A DNA stretch of 60,939 nucleotides, filler included, from Dugesia japonica (Eukaryota): NCBI GenBank assembly GCA_001938525.1. It is 5 parts of 5 records of this genome, joined end to end, with 100 filler letters (N's around TTAATTAATTAA, not from the genome) between each part and the next. Parts side by side here need not be neighbours in the genome. Positions count along the whole stretch, not along the records: positions 9,212 to 24,922 come from MQRL01535845.1; 4 more parts are not named here. One strand, given 5' to 3'. Both the position numbers and the translations under genes were made by a program. The notes beneath the pieces are model-generated. The model worked only from the letters and a program-made list of their open reading frames with translations, was not told the DNA's origin and did no database searches. Numbering within the stretch: the stretch's first letter is position 1; every line of letters begins with the position of its first letter. This document shows, piece by piece, positions 11,093 to 24,749 of this stretch.

Positions 11093-14000
11093 TTGAAACT
11101 ATATGTAAACAGTAGTGAAGAGCCACAAAAAACCCTTATATATCCAAATCTAGAATCTCAGAATTATCAGAGAAATGAACAACGAAAAATGATACTTATC
11201 AGTGATCAAACAGTTAGAGCAGTAGATGGAGTATCAGTCAATTTAATCGTAAAACTACCATGTGAGGTATCTTACAAGGGAAAAACAGTATTACACTATA
11301 TGCCAGTAATGGATACAACTGAAACATGTATGTTGAGAACAGATATACTACCTCAACTATTAGCGAACGGGTTAATCGAATTATCAACGTTAAAAGTCAA
11401 AGATAAAAGGAGAGATCGGTACTCAAATAACTATCAGGTATTTAATTCTGAAAAAATGATCATATCAAGAAAAAGCCAAGTGTGCTATCTCACAGATACA
11501 AAGACTCTACAGAGAGGAACAATGTTATTTGAACCATATTATGGCTTCTCACAGAAATATAAATTGTCTCAGCAGGAGAACTCATGACAGTAAAAGACGA
11601 TGGGAAAGTGCCGGTCAATGTAGTAAATTTCTCAAATAAAGATATCATAATTCATCTAAATTCAAGATTAAGAGCATTGACACCCGTATTAAATATCATC
11701 CAGTAAGAAAAAGGCAAAACTACAGAAGACGACTCGAAATTAAAGTGCTTGGTAGAGGATTGTAAACGTTATATACCAGAAAGTAAACCGACAGAGATAG
11801 ACAGATCATTTTAAGTCAATTCTGAAAACATATCAGCGGAACAAAAGAAACAACTACTAAATCTCTTGGAAGAGTATAGATATATATTTGCGTGGATGGA
11901 CGATAAATTAGGCGAATGTGGCGTCACAATGCATACGATTCCATTAATCAATGAAAACCCAGTAAAACTAAAAGCATACATAATTGCACAATCTGAGAAA
12001 GAAATTTGTGATGCAGAAATTAAGAAATTGTTAGACGCAAAAGTAATTCAACCTAGCTGTTCCCCTTGGCAATTTCGAGTAGTATTGGTTAAAAAGAAAG
12101 ATGGAACCACACGTCTTGGTATGGATTACAGACAATTAAATGCCAAAACAAAAAACGACACCTATCTTTTGCCTGAAATAAACGAATTATTACAATTGTT
12201 GTAGAGTGCAATAATATATTTAACATTTGATCTAAGAAGTGAATATTGGCGATTAAAAATCAAACGAGAAGATAAGAAAAAGACAGCATTTACAGCAGGA
12301 CACGATCTATATCAATTTATTCGAATGCCATTCGATCTAACTAACACACCAGCATCATTTCAGAGATGCATGAGTTTTGTCACACATGGTATAGCACATT
12401 ATATGGTATATATAGACGATCTATTAATATTCTCAACATCGTTTTAAGAACACATAGAGGATTTTCGAACAGTTTTCGTTAGAATTCGACACTGGAATTT
12501 AAAATTCAAACCGACTAAATGCGATTGGGCTAAGAATAAAGTCACCTTCTTAGGACACCAAATATCAGATAAGGTTGGAGAACCAGACCCGAGGAAAACA
12601 GAAAAAATAAAAGAATTTCCAGTGCCTAAATGTGTCAAAGCAATACAAGAATTTCTTAGATTATGCGGATATTACAGGAAATTTATTAAAGGTTATGCAA
12701 CGATTGCAAAACCCATGCAAGATCATGTAAAGCAAGATACAGCCTTTATATGGACAGATGAACAACAAAACCATTCGAATCTCTCAGAGATCAATTACTA
12801 AAAGCACCAATTTTGGCTCATCCAAATTTTGAAAAACCATTTTTACTTGCAACTGATACAAGCGGATACGCAACAGGAGCTGTATTGGGCCAGTATGATG
12901 ATTAACTGCTAGAACACGTTATAGCGTATTTCAGCAAAACATTCCAAGGAGCTGAGAAAAATTACAGCACAACAGAAAGAGAAGCTCTTGCGATAGTAAA
13001 AGCAATTAAATATTTTAGACATTTACTTCTCGGACATGAGGTCATTATATTTTCAGATCATGAATCACTAACTTTGATTGGCCAGAAACCATTATGAACT
13101 CTCAGACTTGCGAAATAGGGCCATGAGTTTACAAGAATACATGCCAAAAATAAAATTCAGGAGCAGCAAAGCAAATTCTAATGCAGATTGTCTATCATGG
13201 GCAATATTTCCAGAACTTGTAAACGAACAAACAGAAGCTATCTATTTCTTATTATCAGAAGACATAGATTTTGAACAATTTAAGGAAAATCAGAAGGAAG
13301 ACTCGAAAGCAAAAATTATTCAGGAATATCTAATGGCAAAGCAAAGTGATGCACTAAAAGACGACCAAGAAATGAGAGAACACTTACTGAAAAATGGATG
13401 TCGTTATACAATAGAAAAGGGATGGTTAATTGCACAGAATGGAAATAAAAAGGCGATATTTGTACCGATACAGCACAGAGAACGAATTTTACAGCAATAC
13501 CATAATGGAATTCTCGGATAACATATGTCAGCAAGAAAAACAGAAACCAAATTAAGACATAAATACTATTGGCCAAGAATCGCTCAAGATGTAAAGGATT
13601 GCATAGCACATTGTCAGATATGCGCTTCTAGAAGAGGAACAGGAGCTTCAGAAAAAGCACCATTAAAACCAATGCCAATACCAACCAAACCAAAAGAGAT
13701 CATGGCGATGGACGTATTCGGAACATTACCCAAAACTGTAGATATAAACTAATACATTTTAGTATGTACGGATTATCTGTCTAAGTATCATGAAGCATTC
13801 CCGATGAAAAATCAAAAAGCCACAACAATAGCAGAAATTTTTGTAAAGGAAATTTGCAGCAAATATGGTACACTAAAGAAAATCCTAACGGATCAAGGCA
13901 GAAATTTTATGAGTGACATTTTTACAGAAGTCAGTAGATACTTCCAAATACTAAAATTAAGAACATCACCGTACCATCCACAGACAGACGGACTAGTAGA

Positions 14001-14500
14001 AAGGTTTAACAGAACCTTAATTAATATGATATCTTGTTATGTCGACAGAAAGCAGAAAGACTTGGATCAATTTATACACTTTGTACTATTTGCTTATCGA
14101 ACACAAGTACGCCCAGCTACTAATTATACTCCATTTTTCCTCATGTAGGTAAGAGAATGTAATTTATCAATCGATTTAGAATATCAACCTCCAATATTAC
14201 AATATATGGAATAAGAAGAGTATGTCATTCGAATAAAAGAGGAAATTCAAGAGATCTGGAATAAAGCAAGATCAAATATTAAATATTATCAAGAAAGTGT
14301 CAAAGATTATCATGACAAGAAAGCAAAAGTAAAATAAAGTAATAGTTAATACTCGAGAAATAGAGATCAGAACAATAGCAAAGTTAAAAAGACCTGGCAA
14401 AGGACCTGTCGAAGTATTAGCAGTCACAGAAACCAATGCAAAAGTCAGATTAGTTGGTAAAATACTTCAGAAATCACTTTGGATTCATGTGAATCGATGT
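11093..14500 (+). pseudogene. pol: Gypsy pol: C-terminal half of protease, RT, RNase H, integrase
   Basis: SCSPWQFRVVLVKKKDGTTRLGMDYRQLN; YIDD at 12409-12420; TDTSGYATGAVL; YSTTEREALAI; HHCC remnant with CQIC; MDVFG, TDQGRNF, PQTDGLVERFNRTL. Confidence 0.95.
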
Positions 14501-15362
14501 AAAAAAGTAGCTTTAACAAAAGTGACAGATGAGCAAATCATCACGGAAACTCAGGAAACAGAAGTACAAGAATCGGAAGGAACACAACCAACTCAAGAAG
14601 TATCGAGTGATTCGGAGGATGAACAAAAACTGCCATCCAAACGATTAAACGTGGACGAAAATCACGAGAAATACGAATTCAACCACCAACAGAAGTTAAA
14701 GATTATCATCTCAGATCTCAACCAGAACAAATTTGTATGTTGCAAATCAGCAAAGATTTAGAAACAAACTCTTGTAAAAATGTGGTGTCACACAAAGAAA
14801 CACAATACTAATAGATCAAAGACCAGCACGGTTTGACTGTTACTAATTTAATATTGTTTTTCAAAATGAATTAATGGTATCAGAGGCAACAGTAGCCCTG
14901 GAATTGAGAGAATTGTTCCGCACGCAGGATAAAAACAGACACTAATGCAGAGACAGTAAAGATTTTAAATACGGCAAAGTACCTATCTCCATATCAACAA
15001 GGAAAGTATACAGAATTATTGTGCTTACTGTCTATCAACAATGAAAACGGAAATAATTACAGCAGCTAATTTCATGCGAACAAAGTACCAAAGAATTGGA
15101 GCAGTTGGATTTAAACAGGCAAAATGGTATCTGAACTATAAGCAGTCAAAGGTTTAAGAAAACAGAGCAGTCGACGTCAGCTAAAAAGAATGGTATTATT
15201 CTAATTACTTCAGGTATCAACCAGGCAGCAACTCACAACAGAAAACCAAAGATCGACAAAATAAAAAAGAAAATAAAATAGAAAAATTAATTGGATCAAA
15301 GCACATCAAATGTCTAGTTTGTAAAAGAGTACAACCTTCAGCATTAGCAGTCAGAGAAGAAT

Positions 15363-15444
15363 TTTGGCGGGAAATTCAAAAACAAATCTTTTTGGTGGGA
15401 AATTCAAAAAAAACAAAAAAAATCTTTTTGGCGGGAAATTTAAA
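15363..15444 (+). promoter_or_regulatory. Three tandem E2F/CHR-like (DREAM-type) motifs TTTGG(C/T)GGGAAATT(C/T)AAA
   Basis: Copies at 15363-15380, 15391-15408 and 15427-15444. Confidence 0.5.
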
Positions 15445-15959
15445 CGAATTTATGATGGAAATGGACAAAAGAAAGGATGTCCTCATGAGTATTCAACAAT
15501 TAAAAAACCACCAATAACTATGAAAGACGCAAAAGAAATGTGCATGAACTGTCTAGAAAACACGACCGAAATGATACTACGAATTGAACGATCTATTAAT
15601 GTAAAATTGGAAAAAGTGAGCATGGAACATCCATTGCACCAAAGAGAACTTCTAAGGAAATAAAGAGCAAGAAAGTCGAAGATCAAGAAACTCAAAGAGT
15701 GTCAGCATGCATAAAAGAAACGAAAATAATGCGAACCGGAATTCGTAAATCCAACAAGAAACAGTCATTCGAAAAACAAGACAATGAATATTAACATCAA
15801 AAAGATTTAGAATTATAGAATCTAGTTGCGCCAAAAATTATTGGGCATCAACAAGTAGATGTTTTCTTACTAGAATAGCAGGTATATTGCCTCCACGAAC
15901 GTTAGATTTAATCAAAAATTTAAATATAAATAAAATATAAATACAGAAATAACTAAGGC

Positions 15960-17900
15960 AGAAGATTAAATATAGAATACTAGATTCTTGATATAGTTTC
16001 TCCCGTTTTATTATTCAAACTAATTTTAAAAAAAGGAGTATACCATACGAGTGGATTGATAATCCATCAAAATATAATGAAATTCATTATGATAAAAATG
16101 ATAGATTTCTTTCTCTATCATTAAAATGGTTTTATTCATCATTACACGGAAAAGGAATAACTGAAGCTGAATATCTAAAATATAAACATGTTTATCAAAT
16201 ATTTAGATGACGAAATTTCCTTGATTACACAACCCTTAATAATAAAGTAGACATATATAATATGGCTGACGCAATAGAAAGATTTAGACAAATAAATGAA
16301 TTAGATCTAACTTATTTTGTCTCAGCTTCTGCTTTAACATAAAAAAACAATTTAGAAACCCATAGAAATTACATTAGATTTATTACAAATTATTCAAATA
16401 TTTGAAAATAGGAATAAGAGAAGGAATTTCTACGGTAATACGAGATAAATATGTTAAAGCAAATAATAAATATACTAATAGAGATTTGGCATATTATAGT
16501 TATCCAGATAAAATAGAATTTCAAAATATATTAAATGATTTCAAAATGTGTGGAAAAAATACAATTAAACTTAAAGAGTGTTTAGAATCCATTTTGCTAT
16601 TATATATCGATGCAAATCATTTATACGGACATTCAATGAGCCAACCTTTACCTTAAAGTAATTTTGAACAAGCCGGGAGAGAAGTAATTAATTGTATAAA
16701 TCGAAATTCAATGCACACATTACAATTTATGTTTAATAAAGCAAAAGAAATACATAATAACGAGTTTAATGTAGGTTATGATTTTAAGGTTGATATACAA
16801 TATAAAGATGATGCAGCAAAATTAGATAATAAGAAATATCCATAAGCTCGTGAAAAAAAAGAAAGATAAAATTAAATGAATTATCTAATTATCAAAAAAC
16901 ATTATAAAATCAATCCAGAAAAAGTTTTTTAAAATAGAAAAATTAGTTTTAAATTTAAATCCAAATAAAAATTACGTTGTATATTGGAAAAATCTAGAAT
17001 ATTATATTCAGAGAGAAATGGTTGTAACAAAGATACACGAAATAGTCTCGTTTGAAGAAAACCCTTGGTTAAAATATTACATATATTATAATAAAAGAAA
17101 AAGAACTGTTGCTACAACTGAGTTTGAGAAAGAGTTGTAGGAATTAATGAATAACGGTTTCTTCGGTAAAACAATGGAGAATATAAGATTGAGAAAAAAC
17201 AGTTAATACACCAGAATAATTTATAACAAGAACTTCTATACTAACATTTAAAAGTTTAAAACAATTTGATGAGAATCTTTTTGCTTTTCATGTTACAAGG
17301 AAACAAATACAAAGGAATAAACCAATTTACATTGGATTTGTTATATTAGAATTATCAAAGTCACATATGTATTAAACTTTCTGTGAAGAATTAAATCCTA
17401 AATTAGGTATCACATCATTATATTGTGACATGGATTCTTGGGTGTTTAAAATTAAATCAGATTATTTATATAAAGAAATAATAGAAATGAATTTAAAAGA
17501 TATATTCAACTTCAGTAATTATGATATAAATAGTAATACTGCAAGAGAATTGCAATTAATTCCTGATGATTTAACTAAGCACAAAAATGTAATTGGTTAT
17601 TTTACAGATGAATTGGGATGTAAAATAATATTAGAATTCTGTGCTTTTAAATCAAAATCATATTGTTTTATAAATGAAGATAAGAAAGAGAAAGATGGAA
17701 TTAAAGAGAAAAAGAAAAAGTGTTGTTTGATGAAGAAATAGATATGAGTAATTACAAGAACTCAATAAAGAACGGTAATTTACAATATAATATTAATTAT
17801 AATATTAGATCAAAATTACATAATATTAATATAGTAAAAAAAATAAAACATTTTTAAATATATATGATGATAAAACATTTTATTACAATAATATAATTAA
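15960..17900 (+). pseudogene. polB: Protein-primed DNA polymerase B, 5'-truncated and decayed
   Basis: KGVYPYEW-like motif, GIREGIS, YIDANHLYGHSM (motif A), LMNNGFFGKTMENIR (motif B), YCDMDS at 17421-17438 (degenerate motif C, no intein). Confidence 0.9.
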
Positions 17901-18129
17901 CACTCCATATTGTAATGGTAATTATTTATAAAAAATTAATTATATAAAAACGCTTCAAGTAAAATATACTATTAAACAAATACATAATACAATAAAAGAT
18001 TTTTATATTTTCTATACAAATTACATAACTAGTCTTCTTATTAGAAACATTTTTATCCAACTATTTCTCAATTCTTAGAAATGTATTCACAACAATAAAA
18101 TTTCAAAGATCATTCACAACATTCTCTTT

Positions 18130-18620
18130 GATTCATACGCTGAAAATGGAAAAAAAGCAAAGTAAGCAACTTGATATTCACAGCTATTCAAATTAGCCCT
18201 ATTATTAATGAAATTATTTTCAAAAGTCACCTCAATGAATTTCAGTGGAATTTCATTCACAGTGTACGAACAAACTCTCTATCAATACGTGGAAGATCAT
18301 TTTATTAAATACAAAACTGTCGGCGCTGCTTTACTGAAAATGAATCTTTATCACATGTTCTTCAAAAATGCAAAATGAATGAGGCAATACCTACTAAAAG
18401 ACATAATGCTTGCCTTGATATTATTGTCAGCAAACTAAAGACCTCAAATGCTATTGTTGAGTTTAATAGAATAAATAAATATATTTCGGATTCTATGGAA
18501 AGAATGGGTGTTACAGTAACTAATTGGGAAATAAAAGCAATATTTAATTGATCTCAAATGCCCAGACTTTGAACAACTCTAGTCAGGCTACGAGTTTCTA
18601 CAACAGCACACAGACTCAGA
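18130..18620 (+). mobile_element. Fragment of an R2/NeSL-type (RLE) non-LTR retrotransposon C-terminus
   Basis: CRRCFTENESLSHVLQKC...KRHN zinc knuckle starting at 18318; frameshifted LIDLKCP (18544-18564) of the restriction-like endonuclease; not in the ORF track. Confidence 0.8.
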
Positions 18621-19329
18621 AAGTCAGGCAGACTTAAGCTCCAAATTTTTAAACATAGAAAAAAGCATGATTATCTTAATAAATTTCATTTTTAACTATA
18701 AAGACGATGAAAAATTAATGAATATATTTACAAAGTATAAAAATAAACATGAAGACTTATTCTTTTTCATGAATAATATTGAATTATTTAAATCTATTAT
18801 TGATTATGATAATTTTATATTTAATTTTATAATACTCAAGAATAAAAAGATAATAGAATATATAAACAAGTATAAAAAAATAAAGAATTATTATGGTTAA
18901 TAGTAAAATATCCAGCGACTGAATATGTTAATTAAATATATTGATAATGAAAGTAGATTGAATTATTTTTCATAGAATAGAAATGATAAAAAACTATTAG
19001 ATAGTTATTGTATATTTTAATTTAGTTGATCAGTTAATCTTTTATTAGTCTTTTCTTCAATTATTTTATCATTTTCATTACCCAAATCATAAATAGTATC
19101 ACCCATTATTTTAATACACCATGTATATTTTTCAAGCTTAATAAAAATTTCTAAACATAATACAGATCTATTCATTATAGATAGCTGTTGAACTTTATCA
19201 AATTTATCTTTTATTTTATTTTTTAACTCATCAGTATTAGTTAGTTCTTCAATAAATTCATTCATTTTTATATTTAATTTTTATAATTGATTTTTAATTT
19301 TATACAATTAAAACCATTATAATCTATTT

Positions 19330-19988
19330 CTAATTTACTTTTTTTCTTACTTTTGGAGTAGGTTGATTTATTAAAGTTTCCATTTCTTTAGTTTTGTTAA
19401 TGAAAAAAGTATTATCTATTTCTTTTTCTTTATTATCTTTATTTACACTATCTATTTTTATCTTTAATATTTTATTTTTGATTTCATTAACAATTGCTTT
19501 ACTAGTATTTATTTCTTCTTTAGTTAAAATATTATCATGCAAGCATTTCTGATGATATAGAAAAATTTTATTTTTACTAGTTTATAATTCTTTAATTAAA
19601 TCATTATATTTCTTCTTTCTTTTTTAAAATAAACCAATGTTTAATATACCATGAATAATTGAATTTATTAAAGGAAATGTACTAATTGAAATAGTAGGTA
19701 AAGTTAAAATAAATATACCACTTTTAGCCAAAACAGTTAATGTTATAGCTGCTGCACCAAATAAAGTTCCTATTAAAATATCAACATATTTTACACCTGT
19801 GTTAAACATTTTCCATCTTCTATATAACTTATTAAAATGATTTATTTTATCAGTCAAGAATGTTAAATCATTTTCAAAATCTTTAATTCTTACTCTTATA
19901 ATCGGCTAAAGATACAGTTCTTATTGGTTGATCCAAATCTTTATCTGTTTCATTTATATCATGATAAATTGGTTGGTATTCTTTTCAT
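19330..19988 (-). pseudogene. Conserved Polinton membrane protein
   Basis: RRWKMFNTGVKYVDILIG hydrophobic segment and LTKEEINTSK; homologous to 3884-4597. Confidence 0.72.
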
Positions 19989-20859
19989 TTTTAAAATAAT
20001 ATTTTTTTAATAATATTTCAATTTTATAATTGAACATCTTTTGTTTCATTTTTATTATTAACATCACGAGTTACTCTTTTTTCTCTTTATTGAAAAATAA
20101 TTCTTGATATAATGAGTTATTAGTTAATTTATCTTTATCAAGTTCATAACAAAAGCATTCATAAATAGAACCACTTGTATACTTATCATCTATAACTAGT
20201 TTACCAAATTCAAAGTCTTTCCTTATAACAACGAATTTCGTAAGGGCTACTTTATTTTGATTAAAAACAATTTGATTTCCTCTCTTTTCAAAGAATAATA
20301 AATTAGGATGTTGTTTAGGAGGGATAATGAAAGTTAAATTAACTTTTTGATTCATATATAATTATTCTTTACTTAATTGTACATAGTTTATATATCCTTT
20401 ATATTTACTTAATATGCTTAATTTAATTCATCTCCTTTAATAATAAACTGATCACTTCTATTTAAATAAATAATTTATTGTGGATTAAAGGAGCACTTTC
20501 ATCTGTTTTAAATCGATCTAAATTCAGGTTTACCTTTTATATTTAATCGATTACCACTAAAATCTAAACCAAAAGGAAAATTATGTGATAACCAAAGTTT
20601 TATGTTCAAATTTTAAAATTTTTCAAACTGCTTTATTACATTAATTCTTCTTTAAAAATCCATATTAAAAGTAGTAATATATAAATAATTAAAGAAAGGT
20701 AATCGTGAATCAATATTATTTAATTTATCGCTAAACTCTGTTTGCAGGCTTCTTAGAGCCACATCTTGCTTCTGTTTTAAAGAATTAAATGTAAGTTGAT
20801 TAACATTATTGTTTGATATTAACTCAACTTGTCTTACTGTATCTTTTAAAGATTTCAAT

Positions 20860-21434
20860 TCTTTATCTAGGCATTAGAGAATAGGATTAGACATTCAACA
20901 AACTTATATCTATAAGTCATAACGCTTATAGAAAATGAATATAAAACATTTTCTTTTTTCCCGTTAACATAACAATCTTTAATTAAATCACAGGTAATAT
21001 TTATTGTAGAAATGTATATTATTTGAATCTTATTAGGACTAGTATACTTTCCTTCTTTATTATAAACACCTGGATTAAATCCTAGAATTGTATGAAAAAT
21101 AATGTGTTTACAATAAGTAATGTTTGATCTTTTGGAATAGTCAATTCACATTTAGCTGTAAATAATTCAGCTTTAATTTCTATTTTATTTAATTTAAGCT
21201 TTCCATTTAATTATTTAATTTTAAAAGCACCAGGATTAATAGCAATTACTTTACCATTTAATTGAAATTTATTATTTGAATTATTTATATTAAAAATAGT
21301 ATTATAACAACTAAACCATAATAATCCTAATTCATAATTAAATTCTTTATTTAATTCTATAGGTGTATGGAAATCAATTTTAAATTCTGATGTTTTGCTT
21401 GTGCTGATATAGTTGTTGAGAATTTAGAGCTCAT
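20860..21434 (-). pseudogene. Minor capsid (penton) remnant
   Basis: YELGLLWFSCYNTIFNI, INPGAFKI, FHTILGFNPG read from the minus strand. Confidence 0.75.
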
Positions 21435-21479
21435 TAAGTTAATTAGTTTTTCCATTTTCTTTTCCATTTTATTTTATTT

Positions 21480-22281
21480 TTTTTAACAGATGATTATATT
21501 TATCTGCTGAAATCAAATGATTAATTCTTAATTTACTAAGAATTTTTTTATTTGTTCATCAACATTATTATGACCAGCTATTTGTGCAGCAAATAATTTA
21601 TTTGATTCTATAAATAGATCAATAGGATTGCCATTATCATAATCATCACTAATTGAATTAAGATAACTTATTCCTCTTCCTTTTTGAATTATTGGACCAT
21701 CATTAGATAAAGCATATTGTTTTAAACTTCTAGTATAATTACCTGAAGTTGATTTACATAACTTTCTTAAATTTAAATATTTTTTAATTTAATTTTTATT
21801 ACTTGAGTTTTTACCTAAAATGAAATTCTCTAAATCATTTGTAGATTAAATTTATAAGTGATATGTTTTAGAATATAATATGCCGTTCCATTTCTTTTAT
21901 AAAGCATAAAGAAATATTAATTAATATTCTAAATTATTTATTTTTTCTTTTTTGAATACATGGCAAATTGTTTTCTTTATTGAATTAGTAATATCTTTAT
22001 TAATATCAATTGGTTCAAAATTATCAGAATTAATTAATAGTGGTTGTTCATCTTTTTTTATTCTTCATAGGTGATTTAGTTTTAGTATTTTTAATTGAAG
22101 TTAGTTGAGTTGTTAATAATGTTTTATCTATTCTTTCTAATGTTTTTAATGTATGGGTTAATTGTTGAGTTAAAGCATAATTTAGAATTATTGATTCTGT
22201 TTTTTCAGATAATTCGTTTTTATTATATTTATCTTGTTCTTTGATTAATTTTTTTAATAAAGTAATTCTATCTTCATACAT
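21480..22281 (-). pseudogene. AGH-motif conserved protein remnant
   Basis: MYEDRITLLKKLIKEQDKY N-terminus; AAQIAGHNNVDEQIK near 21560-21590. Confidence 0.65.
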
Positions 22282-22339
22282 TTTTAAATATCTAATAATG
22301 CTTATTGAGTTTAATAACGTCTCATGTACAAAATTATAT

Positions 22340-22829
22340 ACCTAAACCGTGCTTTGATTCTTTTATTTTAACAATAACACCTAATTTTAATTATCTACCT
22401 TTTTCATTTATTACTGATTTTACTGAGTTAGGTAAGCTTGGTTGATTAATTAAATTCTTTATAAAATTATATACATCTTTTGCTTGATAAAAATTTAAAT
22501 AAATACCGTTACCCTTGAGTGTTTTTATTTCCTACTTTTTTTAATTGTCTTAATTATTCTTCAACCTTTTGTCTTTCAACACCTAACTTTGAAGCTTCTC
22601 TAGCTTTAGAAACAGCTGTTGCTATTCCTCCAGCAATACCAACAGCACAAAATAATCCAACGATTATTGCAGGAATTAATGTTAGTAATGGTAATATTCC
22701 ACCTTTTTTAATCTCTTCATTTGTAATGGCTTTTTTAACCTTCTTACCAATCCAGTACGTTTTATTATCTATTAAAAAAGATTTTGATTTACTAGAATCT
22801 ATTTATTTTTTTAATTCAGTTTTAGTCAT
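22340..22829 (-). pseudogene. pX-like precursor remnant
   Basis: KGGILPLLTLIPAIIVGLFCAVGIAGGIATAVSK and GNGIYLNF on the minus strand. Confidence 0.72.
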
Positions 22830-22848
22830 TATTATTTATTATAATAAA

Positions 22849-23247
22849 ATAAGTAGTGACTTACCAATTTGGAATAAAAATAAAACATTATTTAATAATC
22901 ATGTTTTACCGAATAATTTTAGATTATTAATTATATGATCTTCTGGTTGTGGAAAGAATGTATTATTAATGAAGATGTTATTAGCTGATAATTTTATGGA
23001 TTATAACAATTTACTATTTTATTCTACAACTATTGAATTACAAATATTAAAAGAAGGTTTAGAGAATAATTTAATTAAGAAAGCTATTTTAAATATATTT
23101 ATTAATTTAGATAAAATACTAGATGGAATACCAGATGGAATGAATACTGCGTATAGTATTGTTGAACTGTATAAAGAAAATATAAACAATTCTGATATAA
23201 AAAATAAAGATGAATATATAAATGAAGAAAATAAAATAATTAAATAA
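22849..23247 (+). pseudogene. Packaging ATPase N-terminal part, inverted relative to its neighbours
   Basis: WNKNKTLFNNHVLPNNFRLLII*SSGCGKNVLLMKML, collinear with 29279-30034. Confidence 0.85.
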
Positions 23248-23479
23248 TTATTTTAATTTATTATTTAAATCAGTTATTCCGTATCTAATTAGTTTAGTAT
23301 GATAAATTTTAGTTATTATAATTATTTCATTAATAAATTTTTTTGTTTATTCTTTTTCAAATTTATTGTTATATTTGAGTATTCTAACTTTATCACTTAT
23401 TCGAAACTTTTATTTATTTATGATTTCATCGTTTTCATGATTATGCTTATTAATTATATCTTTTATTTTCTGATGCTTC

Positions 23480-24707
23480 TTTTGGTGATTACTTAATAAT
23501 TGAATAAATTGAATTATTATATCCATTAACTACTTTATATAATAATGCTTTATTTTTAATACTGTTTCCCAATTAATGTAAAATATTTAAACATTTTACT
23601 TTTAAAGTTTTTATTAGTCTTTCAGCAAAAACTCATTTACTTTCATTATTTGTGTGATATAATTTAATATTATTTTCATTTAGAAATTTAACAAAGTATT
23701 TTGATTTTATTGCTGATTCTTTATCAAATCAAATATAATGAGGTAATCTATTATTTTCTTCAAATATATTTTCATAAGTTTCTCTTAAAGATTCTTGACT
23801 TTTTTTTATCATTGGAATGGAAAAATATATCTAGTATATAAATCAATACAAACCAAAATATATCAAAACTTTTCTTGAACAGTAGATTTTCTAACCATAT
23901 ATGCAATATCACATCCCAATGTGTGATATTTATTATGTATGTGTACTTTTAAAAGTCTTTTAGTTTTTCTATATTCATGATGTAATTCAGCTGTATAATT
24001 TATTTGATATTCTGGAGGTTCCCAAATTAATTGTATTATTATCTTCATCTTTTTCTATGCGTTCTTGCGTGGCCTGTTCAATAATCTTTAGATTTGCTAT
24101 ATTTTTAGCAGACCTAGTTCTAAGGTGCTTCAATACACTCTGACTATTTAATCCTCATCCAACTAAAATTTTACTTTTCATAGCTAATTTAACTAAAGCT
24201 CTTTGTATCTTTTCTTTAAATAAAGGACTTACTATATCATTTAAGTCATGAATTAAATTAACTCCAGCGATATGTCTATCTCTTAAATCTTTTGATTTAT
24301 ATGCACTATAATGTTTTAATGTTGCAGCGTCAACTTTATTTGTTGGTTCTTCTCCTGGTAAAGGATTATTATTTTCATCTGATTTAATATTTAATCTTGT
24401 ATTTGAAACAGTATAATTATGTCTAAATAAATGTCTTTCGCCAGGATATTTTTCGAATTTAAATGGTCTTAATGATAATAAAGTAACTTTAAAAGATTGA
24501 ATATCTCCACCAGTTTTCTCCCACGGAAAATAATTAGTTAAATTATTATTTACTGGTTTATCTATTGGTTTATTTGATTGTTTTCTATTTATTTTTTCGG
24601 CAGCTGAATTAAGATTTCTAATACGTTTATCTGTTCTTTCATGTCTAGCTTTGTTTACGTAAACTAGAAGAATTACATACATTACAGTACCAATTTAGAT
24701 CACTCAT
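23480..24707 (-). pseudogene. ZnF-PLA2-integrase gene, decayed
   Basis: WYCNVC..ARH finger; degenerate PLA2 (HNYTVSNT, DAATLKHYSAY); ELHHEYRK; integrase core remnants (FDKES, AERLIKTLK). Confidence 0.8.
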
Positions 24708-24749
24708 TTTTATTTATTTATTTATAAAAATTAGGCATCTCCTCTGACG

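Larger units (their letters stand above)
9212..15850 (+). mobile_element. Ty3/Gypsy LTR retrotransposon, decayed; right boundary approximate
   Basis: PR-RT-RH-IN domain order, with a long upstream reading frame and degenerate downstream sequence. Confidence 0.9.

Noticed and set aside
22519-22938. 139-aa plus-strand ORF
   Set aside because: Mostly antisense to the pX-like gene; only its last 30 or so codons are the real ATPase N-terminus.
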